Shown one piece after another: positions 1 to 9,430 of a stretch of 55,015 nucleotides of DNA (position 1 is its first letter; every line of letters begins with the position of its first letter). The notes below the pieces were generated by a model. It was given only the letters and a program-made list of their open reading frames with translations, did not search any database and was not told where the DNA came from. The DNA lies in IMG/VR virus record IMGVR_UViG_3300046411_000570, positions 1 to 55,015 of that record; one strand, given 5' to 3'. Made by a program: the position numbers and the translations under genes. The stretch is from a virus. Its lineage: Duplodnaviria > Caudoviricetes.

Positions 1-208
1 TGAGACCTGGTTCTCCGCCTAATAGATTTATTCTACACTTATATTCTTTTAGATAATCTAAAGTATTTCTTAAAAAGTCCATATCTACCGTCAAGTTTCT
101 CATTTCAAGAGTATAACTTGTACAATAGTGGCAATTTTTATTACAAGACATAGACAGAAAGAAATCTATAGCTAAATAATTTTCTTGTATTTCTTTTAAT
201 GTTTTCAT
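1..208 (-). CDS. Radical SAM protein (N-terminal part, truncated by window edge)
   Basis: Not in ORF track. Manual translation MKTLKEIQENYLAIDFFLSMSCNKNCHYCTSY...INLLGGEPGL has CxxxCxxC and GGEP; ATG overlaps the stop of the upstream ORF (ATGA). Confidence 0.9.
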   Translation of the reverse strand, partial: MKTLKEIQENYLAIDFFLSMSCNKNCHYCTSYTLEMRNLTVDMDFLRNTLDYLKEYKCRINLLGGEPGL

Positions 209-492
209 TTTATCATTTTGTAAAAGAATTTATTAAACGCAATCTTTAGTTTTGTTTCATCATTAAATTGTACTTGTTCAAGGTACTCTGGTGTTTTATA
301 AATTTTCTCAATTATATAATCGTAAATATCCTCTGTCTTTTTGTTAACTAAAGTTTCATCAAACATATTATCACCAAATAGTTTTTTCATACTCTTAACA
401 AGTTCAATAGGACATTTGTTGGTAATGTTATTCATATTACCATTCTTGTCTATATAACTAAATTGTGTTAAAGATTCATTATGTTCTATCAT
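205..492 (-). CDS. Hypothetical protein
   Basis: 95-aa ORF with 4-nt overlaps to both neighbours. Confidence 0.75.
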   Translation of the reverse strand: MIEHNESLTQFSYIDKNGNMNNITNKCPIELVKSMKKLFGDNMFDETLVNKKTEDIYDYIIEKIYKTPEYLEQVQFNDETKLKIAFNKFFYKMIK

Positions 493-1547
493 ACTAATAT
501 TAATATAGTGTTTATAACTTTATCAAGTTCTTCTTTCTTCATATAAGGCGATAATGGCAATGTAAGTATTGTATCACATACCATTTTTGTTATAGTTGTA
601 TCATCTTTTCTATGTTCAATATTATCATACATTTTGTTTTCTGAAATAGGTTTATTATAATGTACTTTTGCATTTAATTTATTTTTAACTAAATCCCTAA
701 CTTCTTTTGTTTTAAACCTTACAACATATTTGTGATAGTTATGATTTACTTTTTCCCATTGTTGCATAGTTTCCGATTGAACAATTACAACATCTTTTAA
801 ATGTTCATCATAATACCTTGCGTTTGCCTGCCTTTTACTAATATATTCATTTAGTTTTTTTAATCTAAAATTAATAATCTCGGCATTGAACAACAACATT
901 TTTGAGTTATAACCAAGAATCTTGTGGTCGCCGTGTTTCCTCAAACGTTTAAATATTTCTGTATCGCCATCTGTCAGTATAGCTCCGCCTCCTGATATGC
1001 CTGATACAACTTTGTTATCGTTAAAGGATAAGGTACTAATATTTCCCTCTGAACCGGCTACAGCACCATTATAACTAGAACCTAAAGATTGGCAAGCGTC
1101 CTCAATAAAGTGTATGTTTTTCTCTTGACAAAATGTTTTGATTTTGCTAATATCAGACATATTACCAAATAAATGAGGATAGATTATTGCTTTTACTTTT
1201 GGAGAGTACATCTTTTGAATACTATCAAAAGACATATGATAAGTTAATAAATCAATATCACAAAATACAGGTTTAGCACCTACCATTGATATTACACTAG
1301 CAGTTGATATCCAAGAAAAGTTGGTTGTTAAAACCTCGTCTCCTTTTCCTATACCTAAACTTATTAATGAAAAATGTAATGCGTCTGTACCACTATTACA
1401 AGCTACTGCTTTTCTACCAACAACTTCTTCTATACTCTTTTCAAGAAACTCTACGTTAGTATCGTTTTCTTTTCTCATTACTCTATCAAAGAGTTTTAGA
1501 TATTGGTCTGTTTCTATTTCTTCGTATTCTCTAATCCAAGTGTTCAT
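489..1547 (-). CDS. DegT/DnrJ/EryC1/StrS PLP-dependent sugar aminotransferase
   Basis: Motifs NSGTDAL, GDEV, IEDACQSLG, SFxxxK, GGAILT, LTLPL; ATG at 1547 preferred over TTG at 1562. Confidence 0.92.
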   Translation of the reverse strand: MNTWIREYEEIETDQYLKLFDRVMRKENDTNVEFLEKSIEEVVGRKAVACNSGTDALHFSLISLGIGKGDEVLTTNFSWISTASVISMVGAKPVFCDIDLLTYHMSFDSIQKMYSPKVKAIIYPHLFGNMSDISKIKTFCQEKNIHFIEDACQSLGSSYNGAVAGSEGNISTLSFNDNKVVSGISGGGAILTDGDTEIFKRLRKHGDHKILGYNSKMLLFNAEIINFRLKKLNEYISKRQANARYYDEHLKDVVIVQSETMQQWEKVNHNYHKYVVRFKTKEVRDLVKNKLNAKVHYNKPISENKMYDNIEHRKDDTTITKMVCDTILTLPLSPYMKKEELDKVINTILILV

Positions 1548-2232
1548 AAAATTTACTCGCAATCAATTGATGACCTTTGGCATTTGGGTGCCTATCTTCA
1601 TCTGAAATATAATCATCATCTGTAAAAAAATCTTGCATATTCCAACCACCTAATGCAGGACAACCAAGATGACCTATGAAATCATCATTAATTAACTTTG
1701 CATAAGGATTTTTATAAATTATCTCATAATGTTTTTCTCTATCTAAAACTTTATCTCTTGCTTCTGGCCATACTTCACTACCTTTATGCCATCTAGCTGT
1801 TTCATATGAATTAATTATTTGTGCTTGTTTCAATGGTATCTTTAGTGATTTACAAATTTGTTGTAAACTATAAACGTATCTTAAATGTCTTTCTATAAAG
1901 TATTTGTTGTCACCATATTTGTCCCATTTTTCATTTCTATTAAGATACATTGTATCGCCGTTGCTAACAGCATAATCACTACGACAAGCTCTTGACCAAC
2001 CAGCTACAACCAATCCTATTTTATTTTTGTGTTCTAAAATTTTATCTAATAGTGATGAGTAAATAAATTCAGAACCAGCACCACTATATCCTAAATTCAT
2101 AGGTTCCATATCTAACTTCTTAGCTAGAAGTTCAGGCCATTTTGGCCAGTTGCAATCTATGTTTGGATGAAATATTGAGAAATATGTAGGGTCGGTATAA
2201 CTACATCCACTTGCTAATAATATCTTTTTCAT
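1531..2232 (-). CDS. SGNH/GDSL-like hydrolase or acyltransferase
   Basis: N-terminal GCSYT, NLGxSGAG, C-terminal DRHPNAKGH. Confidence 0.75.
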   Translation of the reverse strand: MKKILLASGCSYTDPTYFSIFHPNIDCNWPKWPELLAKKLDMEPMNLGYSGAGSEFIYSSLLDKILEHKNKIGLVVAGWSRACRSDYAVSNGDTMYLNRNEKWDKYGDNKYFIERHLRYVYSLQQICKSLKIPLKQAQIINSYETARWHKGSEVWPEARDKVLDREKHYEIIYKNPYAKLINDDFIGHLGCPALGGWNMQDFFTDDDYISDEDRHPNAKGHQLIASKFYEHLD

Positions 2233-3131
2233 TCTATACTTTCTATAAGTTTAACAAGTATATTTATATTGTCAAAATACATCTGAGCCGTAGGTACAGG
2301 TCTTTTAATATACACAGGACCGCCGTCTTTTATGTTTTTGTCTCTTAAATATAATACTTTTTTATCTAACCATTTACACTCTTGTATCAATCTAGGTGCT
2401 GGGTCAAAATAGTTTTTTGTGTAAGCATACTTGTCAAAAAGACCAAGTAAATTTTTAACTGGTGCATAGATGTGATTCATCTTATCATCTAAATATTTTT
2501 CACCATAATATGTTAATATACGATAAGAGCTTTGATAATCATTATCTCTGGAAGATAATATTCTTTTTTTTGCTTCTTTGTAATAAACTTCGTTTGTTCC
2601 TAAAAATAGATATTCAAACTTTTCATTACCTTGTATAACATCTTTGTAAATACCAAAGTTAATCATTTTTTCAAATTGTGTACCCACGCCTTTTGGGTAA
2701 ACATCATAATCGCATAAATCAAAAGTCTCTTTTGTGTGGAAGTATTCAAGAGCTTTTGGATATTCTTCAGGATGATTTTCTGAATATACAGATATCAATT
2801 TACCACCAAACAATAGGTGTAAAGAAAGTAATTGTTCTTTATCGTATCTATGTTTGTCAAGATATGGTAAGGTTATCATACTTCTACCCATAATCAAACT
2901 TATATCATTTGAATGAGGTATATAATTATCAAACCACACATTACCATAATCTTTACGGTCATTGTGATATTTTTCAACTAAAGAATTTATATAATCTTGT
3001 TGTGAAAAGTTAGGGTGAGTTATAATTACCAAATTAGTCTTAATACCTAGTAGATTTAAGCACCTTTGGTGTTCATAACTATACATAAGCAAACCATCGC
3101 CTGGTTTGGAGGAACATACAATATTAATCAT
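2229..3131 (-). CDS. Hypothetical protein (possibly glycosyltransferase-like)
   Basis: 300-aa ORF, first gene of the leftward operon; fold guess is weak. Confidence 0.7.
   Translation of the reverse strand: MINIVCSSKPGDGLLMYSYEHQRCLNLLGIKTNLVIITHPNFSQQDYINSLVEKYHNDRKDYGNVWFDNYIPHSNDISLIMGRSMITLPYLDKHRYDKEQLLSLHLLFGGKLISVYSENHPEEYPKALEYFHTKETFDLCDYDVYPKGVGTQFEKMINFGIYKDVIQGNEKFEYLFLGTNEVYYKEAKKRILSSRDNDYQSSYRILTYYGEKYLDDKMNHIYAPVKNLLGLFDKYAYTKNYFDPAPRLIQECKWLDKKVLYLRDKNIKDGGPVYIKRPVPTAQMYFDNINILVKLIESIE
2261..2268 (-). promoter_or_regulatory. T4-type late promoter
   Basis: TATAAATA on minus strand about 30 nt upstream of ATG 2232. Confidence 0.55.
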
Positions 3132-3147
3132 ATAAATATTTATATGA
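3128..3147. promoter_or_regulatory. Bidirectional overlapping late promoters in a perfect palindrome
   Basis: TCATATAAATATTTATATGA is its own reverse complement; TATAAATA at 3131-3138 (+) and 3144-3137 (-), each 5 nt before an ATG. Confidence 0.85.
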
Positions 3148-3761
3148 GTTATAATAGTATATTATCCTACGGTGACTTGATACCCTTGAATATAGAGTGT
3201 GAAGTTGGTAAGTTATTTAGCGAAATAGAAGGATTTAAATTCGCAAAATATAATCCTAGAAAAGACATACCTAGATATGGTCTTAGCATAACTAGTTTAG
3301 ATGGTTCTCTGAACGGAGTAGATTTAGATTCAATAAAAGAATATAATAAAGAGAACAATACAAACTATGATGAGTTATCTTTTTCCACATTTACAGACGT
3401 TTATCATTCTAGTCCAGAAATTAGAAAAATTGTAGAGCCCTTTAAAAATCACATAGGCAGGTCACATATATTAAATCTACCAGCAGGTGGTTATTTTCCA
3501 CCTCATAGAGATTTGCCGGTCTATACAGAGGAACAAAATAGTTTAAGAATATTAGTGCCTCTTAAAAAATGTAATCCACCTCATATGTATTTTATGTATG
3601 AAAATAAACCATTACATTTTGACCACGGAAGAGCATACTTTTTAAATACAAATAAATCGCATAATCTTTTTTCATTTAAAGATAGTTATATGATAGTGTT
3701 AAATGTAAAAACAGGCGAAGACGTTTACAAGATTATAGGAAATCATTTTCAGGCTTCATAA
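3144..3761 (+). CDS. Aspartyl/asparaginyl beta-hydroxylase-like 2OG-Fe(II) oxygenase
   Basis: LPAGGYFPPHRD (HxD), RILVPL, YFLNTNKSH; start moved from 3066 to ATG 3144. Confidence 0.8.
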   Translation: MSYNSILSYGDLIPLNIECEVGKLFSEIEGFKFAKYNPRKDIPRYGLSITSLDGSLNGVDLDSIKEYNKENNTNYDELSFSTFTDVYHSSPEIRKIVEPFKNHIGRSHILNLPAGGYFPPHRDLPVYTEEQNSLRILVPLKKCNPPHMYFMYENKPLHFDHGRAYFLNTNKSHNLFSFKDSYMIVLNVKTGEDVYKIIGNHFQAS

Positions 3762-3769
3762 ATAGGACT

Positions 3770-4426
3770 ATGGAATTAACAATAGCAATATTATTAGGTA
3801 TAGTGTGGTCTCAAATTATTTCACATTTGGGTGCCAGCATTTTATTACACAGGCATTATTGTCATAAACAATTTAAAGTGCCTGCTTGGTTTGAGGTAAT
3901 GGGTTTGAGTATGTTGATGATAGCTTGCATAAGAACACCGATAGGGTGGATTGCAAGTCACCGGATGCACCACACACATTCAGACGGACCCGAAGACCCT
4001 CACGCTTCAAAATACGTAGGTTTTTGGAAAGTATTATTTACGACTTGGGATATAAAAAAGATACCTACAAAATATGCAAAAGATTTATTTAAAAATCCTA
4101 GATTAGTATTTTGTCATAGACATTGGTTAAAAATATTAATAGCAGTATGGGTAATTAGTTTTCTAATTAGTCCTTACTTCTTTATAGGATTTGCATTAGT
4201 ACCTTTTATATTCGCAAAAATAGGATTTGGATTACTGAATACCATAGGACATAGAACACCAGGTGGTGCCAATGTTGCTTGGTTAAATTTGTTTATTGCA
4301 GGTGAAGGCTATCATAAAAATCATCACGAAAATTTTAAAAGAATTAGATTACATAAGTTTGACACAGGTGGTTGGCTAGCAGAGAGATTATTTAAAGATT
4401 ATGAACCAAAAAGAAAGACTACTTAA
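3770..4426 (+). CDS. Membrane fatty-acid (delta-9-type) desaturase
   Basis: Three His boxes HRHYCH, HRMHH, GEGYHKNHH plus DPH and hydrophobic segments. Confidence 0.92.
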   Translation: MELTIAILLGIVWSQIISHLGASILLHRHYCHKQFKVPAWFEVMGLSMLMIACIRTPIGWIASHRMHHTHSDGPEDPHASKYVGFWKVLFTTWDIKKIPTKYAKDLFKNPRLVFCHRHWLKILIAVWVISFLISPYFFIGFALVPFIFAKIGFGLLNTIGHRTPGGANVAWLNLFIAGEGYHKNHHENFKRIRLHKFDTGGWLAERLFKDYEPKRKTT

Positions 4427-5189
4427 ACAATCATTAGCTATTAGAACATTCCCTATTGCAAAAATAAAAGCAATATGTGATAAGTTCAAATTAGATAATC
4501 ATACAGAGGTAAAGCCGTTCTCTTCAAATATAACAGAGTGGCTAGAACCTGTAATTAATCTATCAGATTTTCCTTACTTATATCCAGCAAACGGTGTAAC
4601 CGAAGGCCTTAATTATTGGTATATGCAAGAAAACAGAAAAGTTTTTAGACATAAAGATGATTATGTATGGTTGCCAGAAAGTCATTCAGGTGATATAATA
4701 TATTTAAGTTGTCCTTCATCTATTGATGGTAACATTGTAGATATACCAACAACAATGCCAGTAGCTTTAGATATTGCATATGTTGGTTCTCTTTCAGAGA
4801 AAATAAAAATAGAAGTACCATACAATGTTGAAAAGGTATTTTTCTCATTAAGTAAATGTTTTGGACTACGAAATTATAGAATAGGATATTACTGGTCAAG
4901 AACGCCAGATAAACAACTTGAAAGATTAATAGGTTCGGCAAAATATTATAATTATCATTCAATGCAATTAGGTGAAAAAATAATAAAAGAAGTTAGCCCT
5001 TATGCAGTACATAATACTTTAAAAAAATATCAAGATAAGATATGCAGAGATTTAAACTTTAGTGCTTCAGATAGTGTGTGGTTAGCAACAACAGAAAACG
5101 AAGAATATAATAAATTTAAAAAGGGTAATGCAAACCGAATAAGTTTGTGTGATTTAATACAAGATGAATATAACAGGCGTATCATTTAG
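4401..5189 (+). CDS. Class I/II PLP-dependent aminotransferase/decarboxylase-like protein
   Basis: NGVTEGL, LDIAY, FSLSKCFGLRNYRIGY (PLP-lysine motif); shorter than cellular homologues. Confidence 0.8.
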   Translation: MNQKERLLKQSLAIRTFPIAKIKAICDKFKLDNHTEVKPFSSNITEWLEPVINLSDFPYLYPANGVTEGLNYWYMQENRKVFRHKDDYVWLPESHSGDIIYLSCPSSIDGNIVDIPTTMPVALDIAYVGSLSEKIKIEVPYNVEKVFFSLSKCFGLRNYRIGYYWSRTPDKQLERLIGSAKYYNYHSMQLGEKIIKEVSPYAVHNTLKKYQDKICRDLNFSASDSVWLATTENEEYNKFKKGNANRISLCDLIQDEYNRRII

Positions 5190-5742
5190 TTATAGTAATG
5201 ATTCAATGAACCATAGAGGTTTATTATTAATGAATCGTTATTTAAACTTTAAACATATTATTAAAATGAATCTACCTATTTGTAATTCAAATAAACCTGA
5301 CGGTAATATACCTATTTCAGTAGAAGATTTGGATAAAAAATTAAAAGATAGTGATGTTTTAGTATTTGCAATACCAGAATATACAGGTCATTATTCAGTA
5401 GGATTTAAAAATCTTATGGACTGGTTGGTTGTTAAAGCTTATTATAATGCAGACCTAGGTCAAAAGTATTCTATATCAAATAAACCTGTATATGTAATAA
5501 CGTTTACACCTGCCAAGAAAGGTGTAGGTGATAGACACTTTGATATGACAAAAGATATATTGACAAAACTAGGTAGTCAAGTAAAAGATATGTGGGCAAA
5601 AAACGATTGTTGGGAAAATTTAACTCCTGAAAACTATAAGTTTGTAGAAAAAGAATGTAAAAAAATATTAAAAAAAGATATGATAGATGAAGTAAGTGGT
5701 TGGCAACAAAAGTATGATGATTGGAATGATAAATGGAAGTAA
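5164..5742 (+). CDS. NAD(P)H-dependent FMN reductase
   Basis: DVLVFAIPEYTGHYSVGFKNLMDWL...NKPV. Confidence 0.85.
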   Translation: MNITGVSFSYSNDSMNHRGLLLMNRYLNFKHIIKMNLPICNSNKPDGNIPISVEDLDKKLKDSDVLVFAIPEYTGHYSVGFKNLMDWLVVKAYYNADLGQKYSISNKPVYVITFTPAKKGVGDRHFDMTKDILTKLGSQVKDMWAKNDCWENLTPENYKFVEKECKKILKKDMIDEVSGWQQKYDDWNDKWK

Positions 5743-6155
5743 AAGGATTATATTGGTTAAAAGATAATTATATTAAACCTTATGATATAGATGAGGGTAA
5801 AAGAATTATTATGTGTGGTGTTCCAGGTGCTTTTACAGAAAATTGTACTTATGAACATCTACCAGGTTTTGTTAGTAAACTAGATAAACTAAAAGAGTTA
5901 GGTATAGATAAGGTCGTATTTGTTTCAGTAAATGACGCTTATGTTATGTGGACTTGGAACAAAATGCACGGTCATAAAGATATTGATAGTGTATCAGACC
6001 CGATAGCAGAATTTGCTAAATCAAAAAAGAAAGACCTTGATTGGGGAAAAACTTTTGGCGTTAGAAGTTCAAGATATGCCTATCTATGGGAAAATGGCAA
6101 GATTGTAAAAGAATTTAAAGACCCTTATATTGATGGAGTGATAAAAGAATTATGA
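5733..6155 (+). CDS. Peroxiredoxin (Prx5-like)
   Basis: GVPGAFTENCTYEHLPGF, VSVNDAYVM, RSSRYA. Confidence 0.9.
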   Translation: MEVKGLYWLKDNYIKPYDIDEGKRIIMCGVPGAFTENCTYEHLPGFVSKLDKLKELGIDKVVFVSVNDAYVMWTWNKMHGHKDIDSVSDPIAEFAKSKKKDLDWGKTFGVRSSRYAYLWENGKIVKEFKDPYIDGVIKEL

Positions 6156-6808
6156 TACCAGGAATAGCAGAGTACGTAAATATAAAACCAGACTATGATA
6201 CTTTAAATAGATTGTATGTAGAAGTAAAGGCTACATCATCAAATACATTTGGTAAAACACCATTTAAAAGTTATTCATTAGAGGATAATAGAACAGGTGT
6301 GCCTACTGGTTACGAACAATTATTTGATTCTATATTATCAAAACATAAAGAAGTACATCCACATTATCAATTTCGTTCAACAGGTTTTAACACAGCAGAT
6401 AGTACAGAAAAGGATGTATTTGCTCATACAGATATTGATTTAGATACTGAACACCCGAATGGTTATAATGTTGTCATACCTATATTTGGAAACTCAAAAA
6501 TAATTTACTATGAAACTAAAGATGATGAAGTTTATTTACCTGAAAAGAATGCTCACGGTTATGCATATTATCACGAATTTAAAGCACAAAAAGAAATGGG
6601 TCAATATACACCAGAGTTTGAAAAGTTTTTAAGTGAAAGAGAGATTGGTCATATTGTAGTTGATAAACCAATACTAATACAAACTACTACAATGCATAGA
6701 GTAGTGGTGACAGAGGCACCTAGGTGTGCTTGGGTGACAAGATGGAATAATATTCCTAAAGATATAAGTTTTAGTCAATTCAAACAAAAGGTAGAAAATA
6801 TATTATGA
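6152..6808 (+). CDS. Putative 2OG-Fe(II)/cupin-fold oxygenase
   Basis: AHTD, NVVIPI, distal MHRV...PR pattern. Confidence 0.55.
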   Translation: MIPGIAEYVNIKPDYDTLNRLYVEVKATSSNTFGKTPFKSYSLEDNRTGVPTGYEQLFDSILSKHKEVHPHYQFRSTGFNTADSTEKDVFAHTDIDLDTEHPNGYNVVIPIFGNSKIIYYETKDDEVYLPEKNAHGYAYYHEFKAQKEMGQYTPEFEKFLSEREIGHIVVDKPILIQTTTMHRVVVTEAPRCAWVTRWNNIPKDISFSQFKQKVENIL

Positions 6809-7617
6809 TAAATCCAGAGAAGATAGATGTACAAATAAAAGAGCTATCAAAAGAACAATTAATAGATATATCAAAAGGTATACACAAACAAGGTGTAGCA
6901 GTATTTTACAATCAAAAACTAGATGAATCTGAATACATAAACACATTAAAAAAATTTGGTGAATGTGAATCACCAGATTTGTTTATGAATCCTAAAGAAC
7001 ATCCGGAAATATTTTTAGTCACGGGCAAGAGAGACAAAGACGGTAAAAAACTTGGTATGTTTGGCGATACAGAATTAGGCTGGCACTCAAATGGTAATTC
7101 ACGACACTTAATAGATAAAATATTAATTAGTTTATATTGTGTAAAAGAAGATATTAATACAACGTTAAGTGTTTGCAATACTCAAATGCCTTTCTATGAT
7201 ATGTCAGATGATGAAAAAGAATATTGGCGTTCAATTACAATTAGACTTAAATTTAAAAACAATACAATATATGATTTAGAAGAAGGCGACCCCGAGTTAG
7301 AGTTTATGAGTAAGAACAAAGGTAGTATTCGTAAACTAGTTGGTCAACATCCACATACTGGTTTAGAATACTTTTATTTTCCTTATCACTTTATCACGAA
7401 AGCTTGGGAAGGTAAGAAACAAATTGACGCTGAAGAAATGATTAAAAAATTAATGCCTAAAATATTTAAATCTCAATATCAATATCATCATATATTTAAA
7501 GAGGGTGATTTATTATTAATGGACCAATTTACAAGTTTACACCGTAGAACACCTGTAATGGATAATAATCGTTTACTATGGAGAATAGCTGCAGATTTTA
7601 ATAATGTCTATAAGTAA
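6805..7617 (+). CDS. TauD/TfdA-family dioxygenase
   Basis: GVAVFYNQ, LGWHSNG, HPHTG, GDLLLMDQFTSLHRR, RLLWR. Confidence 0.85.
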   Translation: MINPEKIDVQIKELSKEQLIDISKGIHKQGVAVFYNQKLDESEYINTLKKFGECESPDLFMNPKEHPEIFLVTGKRDKDGKKLGMFGDTELGWHSNGNSRHLIDKILISLYCVKEDINTTLSVCNTQMPFYDMSDDEKEYWRSITIRLKFKNNTIYDLEEGDPELEFMSKNKGSIRKLVGQHPHTGLEYFYFPYHFITKAWEGKKQIDAEEMIKKLMPKIFKSQYQYHHIFKEGDLLLMDQFTSLHRRTPVMDNNRLLWRIAADFNNVYK

Positions 7618-8221
7618 AAGAATACCTTGGCCTAAAATAACAACAAAGACAGGTAACGTGCCTTTGATGAAAGAGTATGCTATGCAAGATATGTGGTATC
7701 TTGATACACCAGAGGCTAAACCTATTTTTGAAAAACAAGCTGATATAATAATTGAAAATGAATATAAAGGTATAGTAGATGTTGGTTGCAGACACGGTCC
7801 GGTAAATGAAATCTTATATGAAAAAAATTATAAAGATTATCAGTATTATGGTTTTGACACTTCATTAGAACCTATTAATATAGCACAATACGAATGGGTT
7901 GGCAACCTTAATATTGAATATGCAGTAGGTGATTGGTCAAATTTAAAACCTGTTAGTTATAAAGTAGATTGTATTATTTTTAGTGGAGTTTTATTATATG
8001 AAAAAGAACATTATAATATGTTTACAGATATTATGAAATTCTATAATTGTAATAATGCTATAATACAAGAGCCTTATCATACTCAAAAACATTATGATGA
8101 AAGATTAAATTTAAAAACTATTACAAGAGATATGCAACAATATGATTTTTGGGAAGAACATATTATTGACGCAGAAATATTTTGTGGTAGAAGATTAGTA
8201 GCACACGCAAAATTATTATGA
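7604..8221 (+). CDS. Class I SAM-dependent methyltransferase
   Basis: IVDVGCRHG, YYGFD, GDW, DCIIFSGVL. Confidence 0.8.
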   Translation: MSISKRIPWPKITTKTGNVPLMKEYAMQDMWYLDTPEAKPIFEKQADIIIENEYKGIVDVGCRHGPVNEILYEKNYKDYQYYGFDTSLEPINIAQYEWVGNLNIEYAVGDWSNLKPVSYKVDCIIFSGVLLYEKEHYNMFTDIMKFYNCNNAIIQEPYHTQKHYDERLNLKTITRDMQQYDFWEEHIIDAEIFCGRRLVAHAKLL

Positions 8222-8802
8222 TTGTAAAAAGATATTCTGAAGACCCTAACAAATATTGGCCATTGATAGAAAAGTTTAGATTACAAACTTTTGATGAAGG
8301 TAATGATAGTTTAACTCGTAAAAAATATAATCCAGATAATGAAGATATTGAAACTTGGATGTGTTTTAAAGATGATAAGTTAATATCAATATCGGCAGCT
8401 GAAAAATCACATTACACAAATGACCCCGATATTGCAGTTAGAGTATGTCGTTATCACATTTTAAAAGAACATAGATTTACTCATTGTGGTTTAATTATGG
8501 CAGAGTATCAAATTAAATGGGCAAAAGAAAATAATTTTAAAATACTCTATATTACCCACGACATTAAAAATAAAGCGATAAATAATCTATATCAAAGAAA
8601 ACGAAAAATGACCGATAAGGCATTTAAAGATTATATAAAAGGAGAATGGTACACAAAATTACAATTAGAAAATAAGTTTTTATTTAAAACTGGTAAAATG
8701 TTGCAGTATGTTTATAGCATTAGATTACAAGATGACAATTTTAAATGGCAACCAAAATCTGATTACATTATAGAAAGAGAACATAATGGACAAATTAACT
8801 AA
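8218..8802 (+). CDS. Putative GNAT-like acyltransferase
   Basis: RVCRYHILKEHR...WAKENNFKILYIT...NKAINNLY resembles GNAT motifs A and B. Confidence 0.55.
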   Translation: MIVKRYSEDPNKYWPLIEKFRLQTFDEGNDSLTRKKYNPDNEDIETWMCFKDDKLISISAAEKSHYTNDPDIAVRVCRYHILKEHRFTHCGLIMAEYQIKWAKENNFKILYITHDIKNKAINNLYQRKRKMTDKAFKDYIKGEWYTKLQLENKFLFKTGKMLQYVYSIRLQDDNFKWQPKSDYIIEREHNGQIN

Positions 8803-9406
8803 ACATAAACTACCTAGTGTAGCAGACCTAAAACTTGATATAGATTTAGAAAAATTAAGAAATGCTACAAATACATTAGCAAATGATTTTAAAGATGTAA
8901 AATCAGCAAACCCTATGTTATGTGATAATCATATGGATTTAGTAAAAAGTGTATATGATAACTTTGAACAAATTAACTTAACAACACCTAGTGAAATATT
9001 ACCACACACTTTAAGTATTAAAGAACGATTAAAAAGAAAAGAAGAACACTTATATAATGTACCAACACCAGAATATACAGGTAGTTATTTTGAACATATT
9101 GTAAAACAATGTAAAGCACCAGCCAGTAGAATTAGAATTACAAAATTAGCACCAGGTAAGATGATACCTTTTCACGTAGATTATGATGTAAATTATGGTG
9201 TTAGATGTATTGTTCCTATATTTGGTGGTGAGAACGTAGTAAACTTATTTAAAAGAGATAAAGTTGAGGCTTATACTTTAAAAGACGGTACTGCTAATTT
9301 TTTAAATATTGGCTTTAAACACGCAGTAATTAATATGAGTAATAGACCAAGAATCGCCTTGATGTTTACTCTAAATGGTACAAAAGATATAGAAAAACTA
9401 TTATAA
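8786..9406 (+). CDS. Aspartyl/asparaginyl beta-hydroxylase-like 2OG-Fe(II) oxygenase
   Basis: RIRITKLAPGKMIPFHVD, LNIGFKHAVIN...RIALM. Confidence 0.82.
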   Translation: MDKLTKHKLPSVADLKLDIDLEKLRNATNTLANDFKDVKSANPMLCDNHMDLVKSVYDNFEQINLTTPSEILPHTLSIKERLKRKEEHLYNVPTPEYTGSYFEHIVKQCKAPASRIRITKLAPGKMIPFHVDYDVNYGVRCIVPIFGGENVVNLFKRDKVEAYTLKDGTANFLNIGFKHAVINMSNRPRIALMFTLNGTKDIEKLL

Positions 9407-9409
9407 ATA
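9402..9409 (+). promoter_or_regulatory. T4-type late promoter
   Basis: TATAAATA upstream of AAGGAG and ATG 9431. Confidence 0.75.
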
Positions 9410-9430
9410 GTATAAAGGAGAAAATGTGAT

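Noticed and set aside
3066-3143. Longer N-terminus for the oxygenase as given in the ORF track
   Set aside because: TTG start overlaps the divergent gene; ATG 3144 fits the late promoter
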